This document shows positions 42,001 to 56,300 of a stretch of DNA of 64,000 bases, one piece after another. Position numbers and translations under genes: made by a program. Source of the stretch: Yuukianura sp. NJ FZ-2021 (Eukaryota); NCBI GenBank assembly GCA_046563655.1, contig CM102287.1:1860001-1924000 (forward strand). Reading direction: 5' to 3'. Below the pieces are notes generated by a model. The model was not told the DNA's origin. It ran no database searches and was given only the letters and a program-made list of their open reading frames with translations. The number at the start of each line of letters is the position of its first letter. Position 1 is the first letter of the stretch.

Positions 42001-45000
42001 GTTACCGTTGATAACCATCTTTATCTTATGCATCAAATACCGGTCCACTTTGTCGTACTGCATCAACGACAAAATCACCCAGTGAACCACATGTTGTCAG
42101 GGTTCATCTTTGAGCACAAACGAGAAGTGCCGGTGAAATGTCGAGCTTGCCCTCACTCCAGATACCAACCAGGAGTTCTCACTTTGATACTAGGAATCAC
42201 GATCACTCAGTTGCCTATGGAATTTCAGGGAATATTCGATTATAACACTTTCCAAATAAAAATTGAACATTCACCATTATTTGCAATTATTGGTTGGAAT
42301 TTTCAAGAAATACTTTTGTATGTTTTACTAACATCGTTCACTTCAAATAAAGGACATCTTAATAACTTGTGTCCAAAAACAATCCGAAATTTTATTTTAG
42401 CACAACTTTACTATGCAACAAGTGCATAAATCTAACAGTCATTTAGGTTTAACTAAGTGGTGAACTATACAACAAAGCCTGAAACACTAAAACATGGAAT
42501 TTACCTTTGTTACCGTTGATAACCATCTTTATCTTATGCATCAAATACCGGTCCACTTTGTCGTACTGCATCAACGACAAAATCACCCAGTGAACCACAT
42601 GTTGTCAGGGTTCATCTTTGAGCACAAACGAGAAGTGCCGGTGAAATGTCGAGCTTGCCCTCACTCCAGATACCAACCAGGAGTTCTCACTTTGATACTA
42701 GGAATCACGATCACTCAGTTGCCTATGGAATTTCAGGGAATATTCGATTATAACACTTTCCAAATAAAAATTGAACATTCACCATTATTTGCAATTATTG
42801 GTTGGAATTTTCAAGAAATACTTTTGTATGTTTTACTAACATCGTTCACTTCAAATAAAGGACATCTTAATAACTTGTGTCCAAAAACAATCCGAAATTT
42901 TATTTTAGCACAACTTTACTATGCAACAAGTGCATAAATCTAACAGTCATTTAGGTTTAACTAAGTGGTGAACTATACAACAAAGCCTGAAACACTAAAA
43001 CATGGAATTTACCTTTGTTACCGTTGATAACCATCTTTATCTTATGCATCAAATACCGGTCCACTTTGTCGTACTGCATCAACGACAAAATCACCCAGTG
43101 AACCACATGTTGTCAGGGTTCATCTTTGAGCACAAACGAGAAGTGCCGGTGAAATGTCGAGCTTGCCCTCACTCCAGATACCAACCAGGAGTTCTCACTT
43201 TGATACTAGGAATCACGATCACTCAGTTGCCTATGGAATTTCAGGGAATATTCGATTATAACACTTTCCAAATAAAAATTGAACATTCACCATTATTTGC
43301 AATTATTGGTTGGAATTTTCAAGAAATACTTTTGTATGTTTTACTAACATCGTTCACTTCAAATAAAGGACATCTTAATAACTTGTGTCCAAAAACAATC
43401 CGAAATTTTATTTTAGCACAACTTTACTATGCAACAAGTGCATAAATCTAACAGTCATTTAGGTTTAACTAAGTGGTGAACTATACAACAAAGCCTGAAA
43501 CACTAAAACATGGAATTTACCTTTGTTACCGTTGATAACCATCTTTATCTTATGCATCAAATACCGGTCCACTTTGTCGTACTGCATCAACGACAAAATC
43601 ACCCAGTGAACCACATGTTGTCAGGGTTCATCTTTGAGCACAAACGAGAAGTGCCGGTGAAATGTCGAGCTTGCCCTCACTCCAGATACCAACCAGGAGT
43701 TCTCACTTTGATACTAGGAATCACGATCACTCAGTTGCCTATGGAATTTCAGGGAATATTCGATTATAACACTTTCCAAATAAAAATTGAACATTCACCA
43801 TTATTTGCAATTATTGGTTGGAATTTTCAAGAAATACTTTTGTATGTTTTACTAACATCGTTCACTTCAAATAAAGGACATCTTAATAACTTGTGTCCAA
43901 AAACAATCCGAAATTTTATTTTAGCACAACTTTACTATGCAACAAGTGCATAAATCTAACAGTCATTTAGGTTTAACTAAGTGGTGAACTATACAACAAA
44001 GCCTGAAACACTAAAACATGGAATTTACCTTTGTTACCGTTGATAACCATCTTTATCTTATGCATCAAATACCGGTCCACTTTGTCGTACTGCATCAACG
44101 ACAAAATCACCCAGTGAACCACATGTTGTCAGGGTTCATCTTTGAGCACAAACGAGAAGTGCCGGTGAAATGTCGAGCTTGCCCTCACTCCAGATACCAA
44201 CCAGGAGTTCTCACTTTGATACTAGGAATCACGATCACTCAGTTGCCTATGGAATTTCAGGGAATATTCGATTATAACACTTTCCAAATAAAAATTGAAC
44301 ATTCACCATTATTTGCAATTATTGGTTGGAATTTTCAAGAAATACTTTTGTATGTTTTACTAACATCGTTCACTTCAAATAAAGGACATCTTAATAACTT
44401 GTGTCCAAAAACAATCCGAAATTTTATTTTAGCACAACTTTACTATGCAACAAGTGCATAAATCTAACAGTCATTTAGGTTTAACTAAGTGGTGAACTAT
44501 ACAACAAAGCCTGAAACACTAAAACATGGAATTTACCTTTGTTACCGTTGATAACCATCTTTATCTTATGCATCAAATACCGGTCCACTTTGTCGTACTG
44601 CATCAACGACAAAATCACCCAGTGAACCACATGTTGTCAGGGTTCATCTTTGAGCACAAACGAGAAGTGCCGGTGAAATGTCGAGCTTGCCCTCACTCCA
44701 GATACCAACCAGGAGTTCTCACTTTGATACTAGGAATCACGATCACTCAGTTGCCTATGGAATTTCAGGGAATATTCGATTATAACACTTTCCAAATAAA
44801 AATTGAACATTCACCATTATTTGCAATTATTGGTTGGAATTTTCAAGAAATACTTTTGTATGTTTTACTAACATCGTTCACTTCAAATAAAGGACATCTT
44901 AATAACTTGTGTCCAAAAACAATCCGAAATTTTATTTTAGCACAACTTTACTATGCAACAAGTGCATAAATCTAACAGTCATTTAGGTTTAACTAAGTGG

Positions 45001-48000
45001 TGAACTATACAACAAAGCCTGAAACACTAAAACATGGAATTTACCTTTGTTACCGTTGATAACCATCTTTATCTTATGCATCAAATACCGGTCCACTTTG
45101 TCGTACTGCATCAACGACAAAATCACCCAGTGAACCACATGTTGTCAGGGTTCATCTTTGAGCACAAACGAGAAGTGCCGGTGAAATGTCGAGCTTGCCC
45201 TCACTCCAGATACCAACCAGGAGTTCTCACTTTGATACTAGGAATCACGATCACTCAGTTGCCTATGGAATTTCAGGGAATATTCGATTATAACACTTTC
45301 CAAATAAAAATTGAACATTCACCATTATTTGCAATTATTGGTTGGAATTTTCAAGAAATACTTTTGTATGTTTTACTAACATCGTTCACTTCAAATAAAG
45401 GACATCTTAATAACTTGTGTCCAAAAACAATCCGAAATTTTATTTTAGCACAACTTTACTATGCAACAAGTGCATAAATCTAACAGTCATTTAGGTTTAA
45501 CTAAGTGGTGAACTATACAACAAAGCCTGAAACACTAAAACATGGAATTTACCTTTGTTACCGTTGATAACCATCTTTATCTTATGCATCAAATACCGGT
45601 CCACTTTGTCGTACTGCATCAACGACAAAATCACCCAGTGAACCACATGTTGTCAGGGTTCATCTTTGAGCACAAACGAGAAGTGCCGGTGAAATGTCGA
45701 GCTTGCCCTCACTCCAGATACCAACCAGGAGTTCTCACTTTGATACTAGGAATCACGATCACTCAGTTGCCTATGGAATTTCAGGGAATATTCGATTATA
45801 ACACTTTCCAAATAAAAATTGAACATTCACCATTATTTGCAATTATTGGTTGGAATTTTCAAGAAATACTTTTGTATGTTTTACTAACATCGTTCACTTC
45901 AAATAAAGGACATCTTAATAACTTGTGTCCAAAAACAATCCGAAATTTTATTTTAGCACAACTTTACTATGCAACAAGTGCATAAATCTAACAGTCATTT
46001 AGGTTTAACTAAGTGGTGAACTATACAACAAAGCCTGAAACACTAAAACATGGAATTTACCTTTGTTACCGTTGATAACCATCTTTATCTTATGCATCAA
46101 ATACCGGTCCACTTTGTCGTACTGCATCAACGACAAAATCACCCAGTGAACCACATGTTGTCAGGGTTCATCTTTGAGCACAAACGAGAAGTGCCGGTGA
46201 AATGTCGAGCTTGCCCTCACTCCAGATACCAACCAGGAGTTCTCACTTTGATACTAGGAATCACGATCACTCAGTTGCCTATGGAATTTCAAGGAATATT
46301 CGATTATAACACTTTCCAAATCAAAATTGAACATTCACCATTATTTGCAATTATTGGTTGGAATTTTCAAGAAATACTTTTGTATGTTTTACTAACATCG
46401 TTCACTTCAAATAAAGGACATCTTAATAACTTGTGTCCAAAAACAATCCGAAATTTTATTTTAGCACAACTCTACTATGCTACAAGTGCATAAATCTAAC
46501 AGTCATTTAGGTTTAACTAAGTGGTGAACTATACAACAAAGCCTGAAACACTAAAACATGGAATTTACCTTTGTTACCGTTGATAACCATCTTTATCTTA
46601 TGCATCAAATACCGGTCCACTTTGTCGTACTGCATCAACGACAAAATCACCCAGTGAACCACATGTTGTCAGGGTTCATCTTTGAGCACAAACGAGAAGT
46701 GCCGGTGAAATGTCGAGCTTGCCCTCACTCCAGATACCAACCAGGAGTTCTCACTTTGATACTAGGAATCACGATCACTCAGTTGCCTATGGAATTTCAG
46801 GGAATATTCGATTATAACACTTTCCAAATAAAAATTGAACATTCACCATTATTTGCAATTATTGGTTGGAATTTTCAAGAAATACTTTTGTATGTTTTAC
46901 TAACATCGTTCACTTCAAATAAAGGACATCTTAATAACTTGTGTCCAAAAACAATCCGAAATTTTATTTTAGCACAACTTTACTATGCAACAAGTGCATA
47001 AATCTAACAGTCATTTAGGTTTAACTAAGTGGTGAACTATACAACAAAGCCTGAAACACTAAAACATGGAATTTACCTTTGTTACCGTTGATAACCATCT
47101 TTATCTTATGCATCAAATACCGGTCCACTTTGTCGTACTGCATCAACGACAAAATCACCCAGTGAACCACATGTTGTCAGGGTTCATCTTTGAGCACAAA
47201 CGAGAAGTGCCGGTGAAATGTCGAGCTTGCCCTCACTCCAGATACCAACCAGGAGTTCTCACTTTGATACTAGGAATCACGATCACTCAGTTGCCTATGG
47301 AATTTCAGGTAATATTCGATTACAACACTTTCCAAATAAAAATTGAACATTCACCATTATTTGCAATTATTGTTTGGAATTTTCAAGAAATACTTTTGTA
47401 TGTTTTACTAACATCGTTCACTTCAAATAAAGGACATCTTAATAACTTGTGTCCAAAAACAATCCGAAATTTTATTTTAGCACAACTTTACTATGCAACA
47501 AGTGCATAAATCTAACAGTCATTTAGGTTTAACTAAGTGGTGAACTATACAACAAAGCCTGAAACACTAAAACATGGAATTTACCTTTGTTACCGTTGAT
47601 AACCATCTTTATCTTATGCATCAAATACCGGTCCACTTTGTCGTACTGCATCAACGACAAAATCACCCAGTGAACCACATGTTGTCAGGGTTCATCTTTG
47701 AGCACAAACGAGAAGTGCCGGTGAAATGTCGAGCTTGCCCTCACTCCAGATACCAACCAGGAGTTCTCACTTTGATACTAGGAATCACGATCACTCAGTT
47801 GCCTATGGAATTTCAGGTAATATTCGATTACAACACTTTCCAAATAAAAATTGAACATTCACCATTATTTGCAATTATTGTTTGGAATTTTCAAGAAATA
47901 CTTTTGTATGTTTTACTAACATCGTTCACTTCAAATAAAGGACATCTTAATAACTTGTGTCCAAAAACAATCCGAAATTTTATTTTAGCACAACTTTACT

Positions 48001-51000
48001 ATGCAACAAGTGCATAAATCTAACAGTCATTTAGGTTTAACTAAGTGGTGAACTATACAACAAAGCCTGAAACACTAAAACATGGAATTTACCTTTGTTA
48101 CCGTTGATAACCATCTTTATCTTATGCATCAAATACCGGTCCACTTTGTCGTACTGCATCAACGACAAAATCACCCAGTGAACCACATGTTGTCAGGGTT
48201 CATCTTTGAGCACAAACGAGAAGTGCCGGTAAAATGTCGAGCTTGCCCTCACTCCAGATACCAACCAGGAGTTCTCACTTTGATACTAGGAATCACGATC
48301 ACTCAGTTGCCTATGGAATTTCAGGTAATATTCGATTACAACACTTTCCAAATAAAAATTGAACATTCACCATTATTTGCAATTATTGTTTGGAATTTTC
48401 AAGAAATACTTTTGTATGTTTTACTAACATCGTTCACTTCAAATAAAGGACATCTTAATAACTTGTGTCCAAAAACAATCCGAAATTTTATTTTAGCACA
48501 ACTTTACTATGCAACAAGTGCATAAATCTAACAGTCATTTAGGTTTAACTAAGTGGTGAACTATACAACAAAGCCTGAAACACTAAAACATGGAATTTAC
48601 CTTTGTTACCGTTGATAACCATCTTTATCTTATGCATCAAATACCGGTCCACTTTGTCGTACTGCATCAACGACAAAATCACCCAGTGAACCACATGTTG
48701 TCAGGGTTCATCTTTGAGCACAAACGAGAAGTGCCGGTGAAATGTCGAGCTTGCCCTCACTCCAGATACCAACCAGGAGTTCTCACTTTGATACTAGGAA
48801 TCACGATCACTCAGTTGCCTATGGAATTTCAGGGAATATTCGATTATAACACTTTCCAAATAAAAATTGAACATTCACCATTATTTGCAATTATTGGTTG
48901 GAATTTTCAAGAAATACTTTTGTATGTTTTACTAACATCGTTCACTTCAAATAAAGGACATCTTAATAACTTGTGTCCAAAAACAATCCGAAATTCTATT
49001 TTAGCACAACTTCTACTATGCAACAAGTGCATAAATCTAACAGTCATTTAGGTTTAACTAAGTGGTGAACTATACAACAAAGCCTGAAACACTAAAACAT
49101 GGAATTTACCTTTGTTACCGTTGATAACCATCTTTATCTTATGCATCAAATACCGGTCCACTTTGTCGTACTGCATCAACGACAAAATCACCCAGTGAAC
49201 CACATGCTGTCAGGGTTCATCTTTGAGCACAAACGAGAAGTGCCGGTGAAATGTCGAGCTTGCCCTCACTCCAGATACCAACCAGGAGTTCTCACTTTGA
49301 TACTAGGAATCACGATCACTCAGTTGCCTATGGAATTTCAGGTAATATTCGATTACAACACTTTCCAAATAAAAATTGAACATTCACCATTATTTGCAAT
49401 TATTGTTTGGAATTTTCAAGAAATACTTTTGTATGTTTTACTAACATCGTTCACTTCAAATAAAGGACATCTTAATAACTTGTGTCCAAAAACAATCCGA
49501 AATTTTATTTTAGCACAACTTTACTATGCAACAAGTGCATAAATCTAACAGTCATTTAGGTTTAACTAAGTGGTGAACTATACAACAAAGCCTGAAACAC
49601 TAAAACATGGAATTTACCTTTGTTACCGTTGATAACCATCTTTATCTTATGCATCAAATACCGGTCCACTTTGTCGTACTGCATCAACGACAAAATCACC
49701 CAGTGAACCACATGTTGTCAGGGTTCATCTTTGAGCACAAACGAGAAGTGCCGGTAAAATGTCGAGCTTGCCCTCACTCCAGATACCAACCAGGAGTTCT
49801 CACTTTGATACTAGGAATCACGATCACTCAGTTGCCTATGGAATTTCAGGTAATATTCGATTACAACACTTTCCAAATAAAAATTGAACATTCACCATTA
49901 TTTGCAATTATTGTTTGGAATTTTCAAGAAATACTTTTGTATGTTTTACTAACATCGTTCACTTCAAATAAAGGACATCTTAATAACTTGTGTCCAAAAA
50001 CAATCCGAAATTCTATTTTAGCACAACTTTACTATGCAACAAGTGCATAAATCTAACAGTCATTTAGGTTTAACTAAGTGGTGAACTATACAACAAAGCC
50101 TGAAACACTAAAACATGGAATTTACCTTTGTTACCGTTGATAACCATCTTTATCTTATGCATCAAATACCGGTCCACTTTGTCGTACTGCATCAACGACA
50201 AAATCACCCAGTGAACCACATGTTGTCAGGGTTCATCTTTGAGCACAAACGAGAAGTGCCGGTGAAATGTCGAGCTTGCCCTCACTCCAGATACCAACCA
50301 GGAGTTCTCACTTTGATACTAGGAATCACGATCACTCAGTTGCCTATGGAATTTCAGGTAATATTCGATTACAACACTTTCCAAATAAAAATTGAACATT
50401 CACCATTATTTGCAATTATTGTTTGGAATTTTCAAGAAATACTTTTGTATGTTTTACTAACATCGTTCACATCAAATAAAGGACATCTAAATAACTTGTG
50501 TCTAACAACAATCCGAAATTTTATTTTAGCACAACTTTACTATGCAACAAGTGCATAAATCTAACAGTCATTTAGGTTTAACTAAGTGGTGAACTATACA
50601 ACAAAGCCTGAAACACTAAAACATGGAATTTACCTTTGTTACCGTTGATAACCATCTTTATCTTATGCATCAAATACCGGTCCACTTTGTCGTACTGCAT
50701 CAACGACAAAATCACCCAGTGAACCACATGTTGTCAGGGTTCATCTTTGAGCACAAACGAGAAGTGCCGGTGAAATGTCGAGCTTGCCCTCACTCCAGAT
50801 ACCAACCAGGAGTTCTCACTTTGATACTAGGAATCACGATCACTCAGTTGCCTATGGAATTTCAAGGAATATTCGATTATAACACTTTCCAAATAAAAAT
50901 TGAACATTCACCATTATTTGCAATTATTGGTTGGAATTTTCAAGAAATACTTTTGTATGTTTTACTAACATCGTTCACTTCAAATAAAGGACATCTTAAT

Positions 51001-52842
51001 AACTTGTGTCCAAAAACAATCCGAAATTTTATTTTAGCACAACTTTACTATGCAACAAGTGCATAAATCTAACAGTCATTTAGGTTTAACTAAGTGGTGA
51101 ACTATACAACAAAGCCTGAAACACTAAAACATGGAATTTACCTTTGTTACCGTTGATAACCATCTTTATCTTATGCATCAAATACCGGTCCACTTTGTCG
51201 TACTGCATCAACGACAAAATCACCCAGTGAACCACATGCTGTCAGGGTTCATCTTTGAGCACAAACGAGAAGTGCCGGTGAAATGTCGAGCTTGCCCTCA
51301 CTCCAGATACCAACCAGGAGTTCTCACCTTGATACTAGGAATCACGATCACTCAGTTGCCTATGAAATTTCAAGGAATATTCGATTATAACACTTTCCAA
51401 ATCAAAATTGAACATTCAACATTATTTGCTATTATTGGTTGGAATTTTTACGAAATACTTTTGTATGTTTTACTAACATCGTTCGCATCAAATAAAGGAC
51501 ATCTAAATAACTTGTGTCCAAAAACAGTCCGAAATTCTATTTTAGCACAACTCTACTATGCAACAAGTGCATAAATCTAACAGTCATGTAGGTTTAACTA
51601 AGTGGTGAACTATACAACAAAGCCTGAAACACTAAAACATGGAATTTACCTTTGTTACCGTTGATAACCATCTTTACCTTATGCATCAAATACCGGTCCA
51701 CTTTGTCGTACTGCATCAACGACAAAATCACCCAGTGAACCACATGCTGTCAGGGTTCATCTTTGAGCACAAACGAGAAGTGCCGGTGAAATGTCGAGCT
51801 TGCCCTCACTCCAGATACCAACCAGGAGTTCTCACTTTGATACTAGGAATCACGATCACTCAGTTGCCTATGGAATTTCAAGGAATATTCGATTATAACA
51901 CTTTCCAAATAAAAATTGAACATTCACCATTATTTGCAATTATTGGTTGGAATTTTCAAGAAATATTTTGTATGTTTTACTAACATCGTTCACTTCAAAT
52001 AAAGGACATCTTAATAACTTGTGTCCAAAAACAATCCGAAATTTTATTTTAGCACAACTTTACTATGCAACAAGTGCATAAATCTAACAGTCATTTAGGT
52101 TTAACTAAGTGGTGAACTATACAACAAAGCCTGAAACACTAAAACATGGAATTTACCTTTGTTACCGTTGATAACCATCTTTATCTTATGCATCAAATAC
52201 CGGTCCACTTTGTCGTACTGCATCAACGACAAAATCACCCAGTGAACCACATGTTGTCAGGGTTCATCTTTGAGCACAAACGAGAAGTGCCGGTAAAATG
52301 TCGAGCTTGCCCTCACTCCAGATACCAACCAGGAGTTCTCACTTTGAGACTAGGAATCACGATCACTCAGTTGCCTATGGAATTTCAGGGAATATTCGAT
52401 TACAACACTTTCCAAATAAAAATTGAACATTCACCATTATTTGCAATTATTGTTTGGAATTTTCAAGAAATACTTTTGTATGTTTTACTAACATCGTTCA
52501 CTTCAAATAAAGGACATCTTAATAACTTGTGTCCAAAAACAATCCGAAATTTTATTTTAGCACAACTTTACTATGCAACAAGTGCATAAATCTAACAGTC
52601 ATTTAGGTTTAACTAAGTGGTGAACTATACAACAAAGCCTGAAACACTAAAACATGGAATTTACCTTTGTTACCGTTGATAACCATCTTTATTTTATGCA
52701 TCAAATACCGGTCCACTTTGTCGTACTGCATCAACGACAAAATCACCCAGTGAACCACATGTTGTCAGGGTTCATCTTTGAGCACAAACGAGAAGTGCCG
52801 GTAAAATGTCGAGCTTGCCCTCACTCCAGATACCAACCAGGA
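12051..52842 (+). repeat. 508-bp tandem satellite, main array (about 80 units, about 40.8 kb)
   Basis: ORF starts are spaced 508 bp apart from 12522 to 52654, apart from one 509 and one 507 unit. Units differ by only a few SNPs. Confidence 0.99.
12522..12965 (+). CDS. Hypothetical 147-aa ORF carried by each satellite unit (representative copy); coding status unproven
   Basis: 444 of 508 bp are open, the start context is AAAACATGG, and many inter-unit SNPs are synonymous. No recognisable domain. Confidence 0.3.
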   Translation: MEFTFVTVDNHLYLMHQIPVHFVVLHQRQNHPVNHMLSGFIFEHKREVPVKCRACPHSRYQPGVLTLILGITITQLPMEFQGIFDYNTFQIKIEHSPLFAIIGWNFQEILLYVLLTSFTSNKGHLNNLCPKTIRNFILAQLYYATSA

Positions 52843-53189
52843 TGTTAGAAATATGAGACTTTTTGTATGGGAGGAGCCAGAAGGGCTCTAATTTTAAAAT
52901 AGCATTTTTGTCGGTTAGGTTTCTTTTGTATTTGATTTTTGTTCAGAAATCCTAACCTTTTGTGTGTGTAATAAGTATAAGTTGATAGGAAGAAGTGGAG
53001 CCGTTAGGAGCTAAGTTTTTTGCGCTCTCACTTCAATGGTGTAATTTGATTAATTCGGAATGATTAAAAGTAATAATCGTTTACATCTCCTGTCTCTTCA
53101 TTGAGTTCTTTGAGTTCTCAATTAATTGGTTAACGGATACTCGGACCGGAGGTCGAGTAGTCCACATTTGAAATTCAGTATTGTTAATA
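52843..53189 (+). repeat. Putative 5' LTR of the BEL/Pao element
   Basis: Starts TGTTAG at the satellite junction and ends ...GTTAATA (expected ...AACA) just before the PBS. No partner LTR in the window, so the right end is approximate. Confidence 0.65.
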
Positions 53190-53191
53190 TT

Positions 53192-53200
53192 TGGTGACCC
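53192..53200 (+). promoter_or_regulatory. Primer-binding site TGGTGACCC (tRNA-Trp-like)
   Basis: TGG-initiated 9-mer matching the start of the known tRNA-Trp PBS, located between the LTR and gag. Confidence 0.55.
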
Positions 53201-53393
53201 TTTGAGCGGAGGTAACAGACAGCCGTAGGAGACTACAGGACCGGATCAAGTCAACATTCACCTTCTGACCTGCCACTTTGTGGGCCCTACCCTGAGCATT
53301 CGGGGGTACTTAAGGTGATACGTTCCGGTTATCTTCTAGAAAGTTACCATTTCTAATTCAGTACTTTCTGCTGAGTTATTTTAAGGTCCAAAG

Positions 53394-56300
53394 ATGACTA
53401 ACAAAGTTCGAGAGAGGGGAGTTCATCGTCGTCAACTTACCAATTTGACCAATGAAGTCAACGCTATCCTCGCTACGCCAGTTCCAGATCAGATCATGCT
53501 CCACGTGAATTTGGAAATGATGGACAACGAAATGGAGAAGATTCGTGACCTGGACATTGAAATTTTCAATGCTCTGATGGCTAAATCAGATGTCACTGAC
53601 GAAGCACTGGATGAAGAGAAGAAGAGTGTGGCTGAGTACGAGAAGAAGTATCTCACCATCAAATGCAGCATCCTGAGATCAGCTGCTCGTGACACTCCAA
53701 TTTCTGCCTCCAGTACTCACTCCGAAAGTGCCGATAACCACTCAAAGAAGAAATACAAGTTACCCAAGATATCAATCAAGAAGTTTGATGGGGACTTGAG
53801 GGAGTGGCTTGGATTCTGGGCACAATTCGGCAAAATTCACGAAGATCCAGACATCGACGAGGGAGACAAGTTCCAGTATCTTTACCAGTCTACTGTCGAA
53901 GGATCGAAGGCTCGTGACGTCATTGACAGTTTCCCACAATCAGCAGCAAACTACCAAAAGGCGATCGAGGAACTGAAAACGCGATTTGGCAGGGAGAAAC
54001 TTTTGAAACAAGTCTACGTCCGTGAGTTACTTAAGATGGTTGTTGAAAATTCAATTCAGGGACGTGACAAAGTAACTCCACTCAAAATTTATGATCGACT
54101 TGAAACTCACCTTCGTGCACTTGAGTCTTTAGGTGTTACCAGTGACCAAACCGCTACGTTTCTTTATCCCATGGTGGAATCCAGTCTGCCTGACGACATT
54201 CTCACAGCCTGGCAACGCAGCAGTAACTACGGTCGAGATGGATCCAAAGACTCACCACCACAGAACGAGCTTCAATTTCTCATGACCTTTCTCAGACACG
54301 AGGTCGAAGGCGAAGAACAACGAAGTTTGGCCAAAAGTGGATTCGGAATCACTTCAAGTAATTCGAAAAAGCCATCCAAAAATGAACGCAAGGGTGTTCC
54401 GGCTGAATTGAGCGAAGAGATGCCGACCGCTGCAGGATTATTTTCCGGTCAACAACAGAAGTCAAATCTTTGCCTCTTTTGCGACAAACCTCATGATACT
54501 CAAAATTGTTTCAAGGCTCAGACTCTGACCTTAGAAGAAAGAAGAAGCCGGATTTAAGCCAAGAAAGCATGTGGACAATATTTCAAGGTGGGGCACTTTG
54601 CGAAAAATTGCCGAAGAGCAGTCAAGTGCTTCATTTGCCAAACGAAACATCCCACTGTCATGTGTGCAGATGTCGGCAACAATAAGAAGAAGGAAGAGAA
54701 GACAAATGAATCTACACAGTCAGCATTTTCCAGTCTGGACTGTTCAAACCGTGTCATTCTCCAGACTCTTCTTCTCAATGTTTGGAGGCAAGGGAAACGT
54801 CACAAGGTTCGAGCAATCATTGACAGTGGATCCCAACGCTCCTACATCTTAAAATCAACGGCTGAGAAGCTGAATTTGAAACCAACAGGATCAGTTCAAC
54901 TCCGTCACATTCTTTTTGGCTGCTCAACCGAAAGTCGAACACACGCCAGTTACGAAGTCAACCTGGAGGGGACACAGAATCAATTCAAAAAAGCCATCAG
55001 CGTTCTGGACCATGACCAAATCTGCGGAAATATTCCACGTTTGTCAGCTGGTGCATGGATTCAAGAACTGAAGGACAAAAACATTTGGATTGGTGATCTA
55101 GGAAGCGGAACCCCAGGGATAGAGTTGTTACTCGGCGCTGACGTTTATGGTTCTTTGCTTACAGGCCGAGTTGAGCAGTTGAGCAATGGAATTTCAGCAA
55201 TCGAAACCAAGTTTGGGTGGACATTAGTAGGAGCTCTCAATTCACAGTCAACCGTGGGTATGACTGTCACCTCTCTACTCGTATCCAACTTCGAAGTTTC
55301 AAAATTATGGGAACTTGACGTCCTCGGCATTCAAGGCCCGGCAGTGGCTCAGTCCAAGGAGGAGAAGGAGGAATTGGCCTTGACCCAGTTCAAATCTACT
55401 GTTTCTCGCTCCGGAGATGGACGTTACGCAGTCGCACTACCGTGGATCGGAGGCGTTCAAACAATTCCTGACAATCGTTTCGTGGCAGAAAAGAGACTCT
55501 ACAACACGACTGCCAAGTTGAGGTCAAAGGGTATGTATAATTTGTATGACCAAGTTTTTCAATCCTGGCTACAGGAAGGAGTCATTGAAGTAGTTCCGGA
55601 TGCTGAAATCAAAAACAATGCATACTACCTTCCACATCGTGCAGTCATTAAGCCTGAGAGCCTCACCACACCGATTCGTCCAGTATTCGACGCTTCATGT
55701 CGTAGCGGTCGTTCACCATCACTCAACGATTGTTTGGAGAAAGGTCCAAACCTACTGGAACTTCTACCAACCATTCTGATGCGATTCCGTCTCAAGAAAA
55801 TTGGAGTAACAGCGGACATCAGAAAGGCCTTTCTCATGATTGAAGTTCAGAAGAGTGATCGAGACGTTCTGCGATTTTTATGGTGGGAAAGTGACAACAG
55901 TGAGCGACAAGTGACATTTCGACACAAGAGAGTGGTGTTCGGAGTAAATTCGAGCCCATTTCTACTCGCTGCTGTGATCCAGTACCATATTTCCCAAATT
56001 CAAGATCATCGGAAACAGTCAGCACTTCATTTACTCCGTGGTCTTTACGTAGACAATTGTGTCACTTCCGTGGACTCCATGGAAGAATTTCAAAAATTTA
56101 AATCTGAATCCACTGAAATTTTAGGTGAAGCTAAGATGGAGCTTAGGCAGTGGGCGTGTACTGCTGTGGAGGGTTCCAGAGTCGGCTCGTCCACTGGCGA
56201 TGAGTGCGGATTGGAACCCGGCAGTGGTCACTCCTACAAGTTAACTGCGACTCCAGTACTTGGCATGAAGTGGAATCTAATCTCAGACTCTTTATTTTCT

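Noticed and set aside
12051..52842. CRISPR-like array
   Set aside because: Whole 508-bp units repeat with no unique spacers, there are no cas genes, and the context is eukaryotic.
12051..52842. 5S rRNA, tRNA, snRNA, SL RNA or histone tandem gene cluster
   Set aside because: I could not recognise any such sequence or Pol III box in the unit on either strand; an Rfam search would be needed to exclude it fully.
54555..54557. Programmed stop read-through between BEL gag and pol
   Set aside because: The stop falls between Gag zinc knuckles, BEL elements normally have one ORF, and the adjacent knuckle has Cys-to-Tyr, so decay is simpler.
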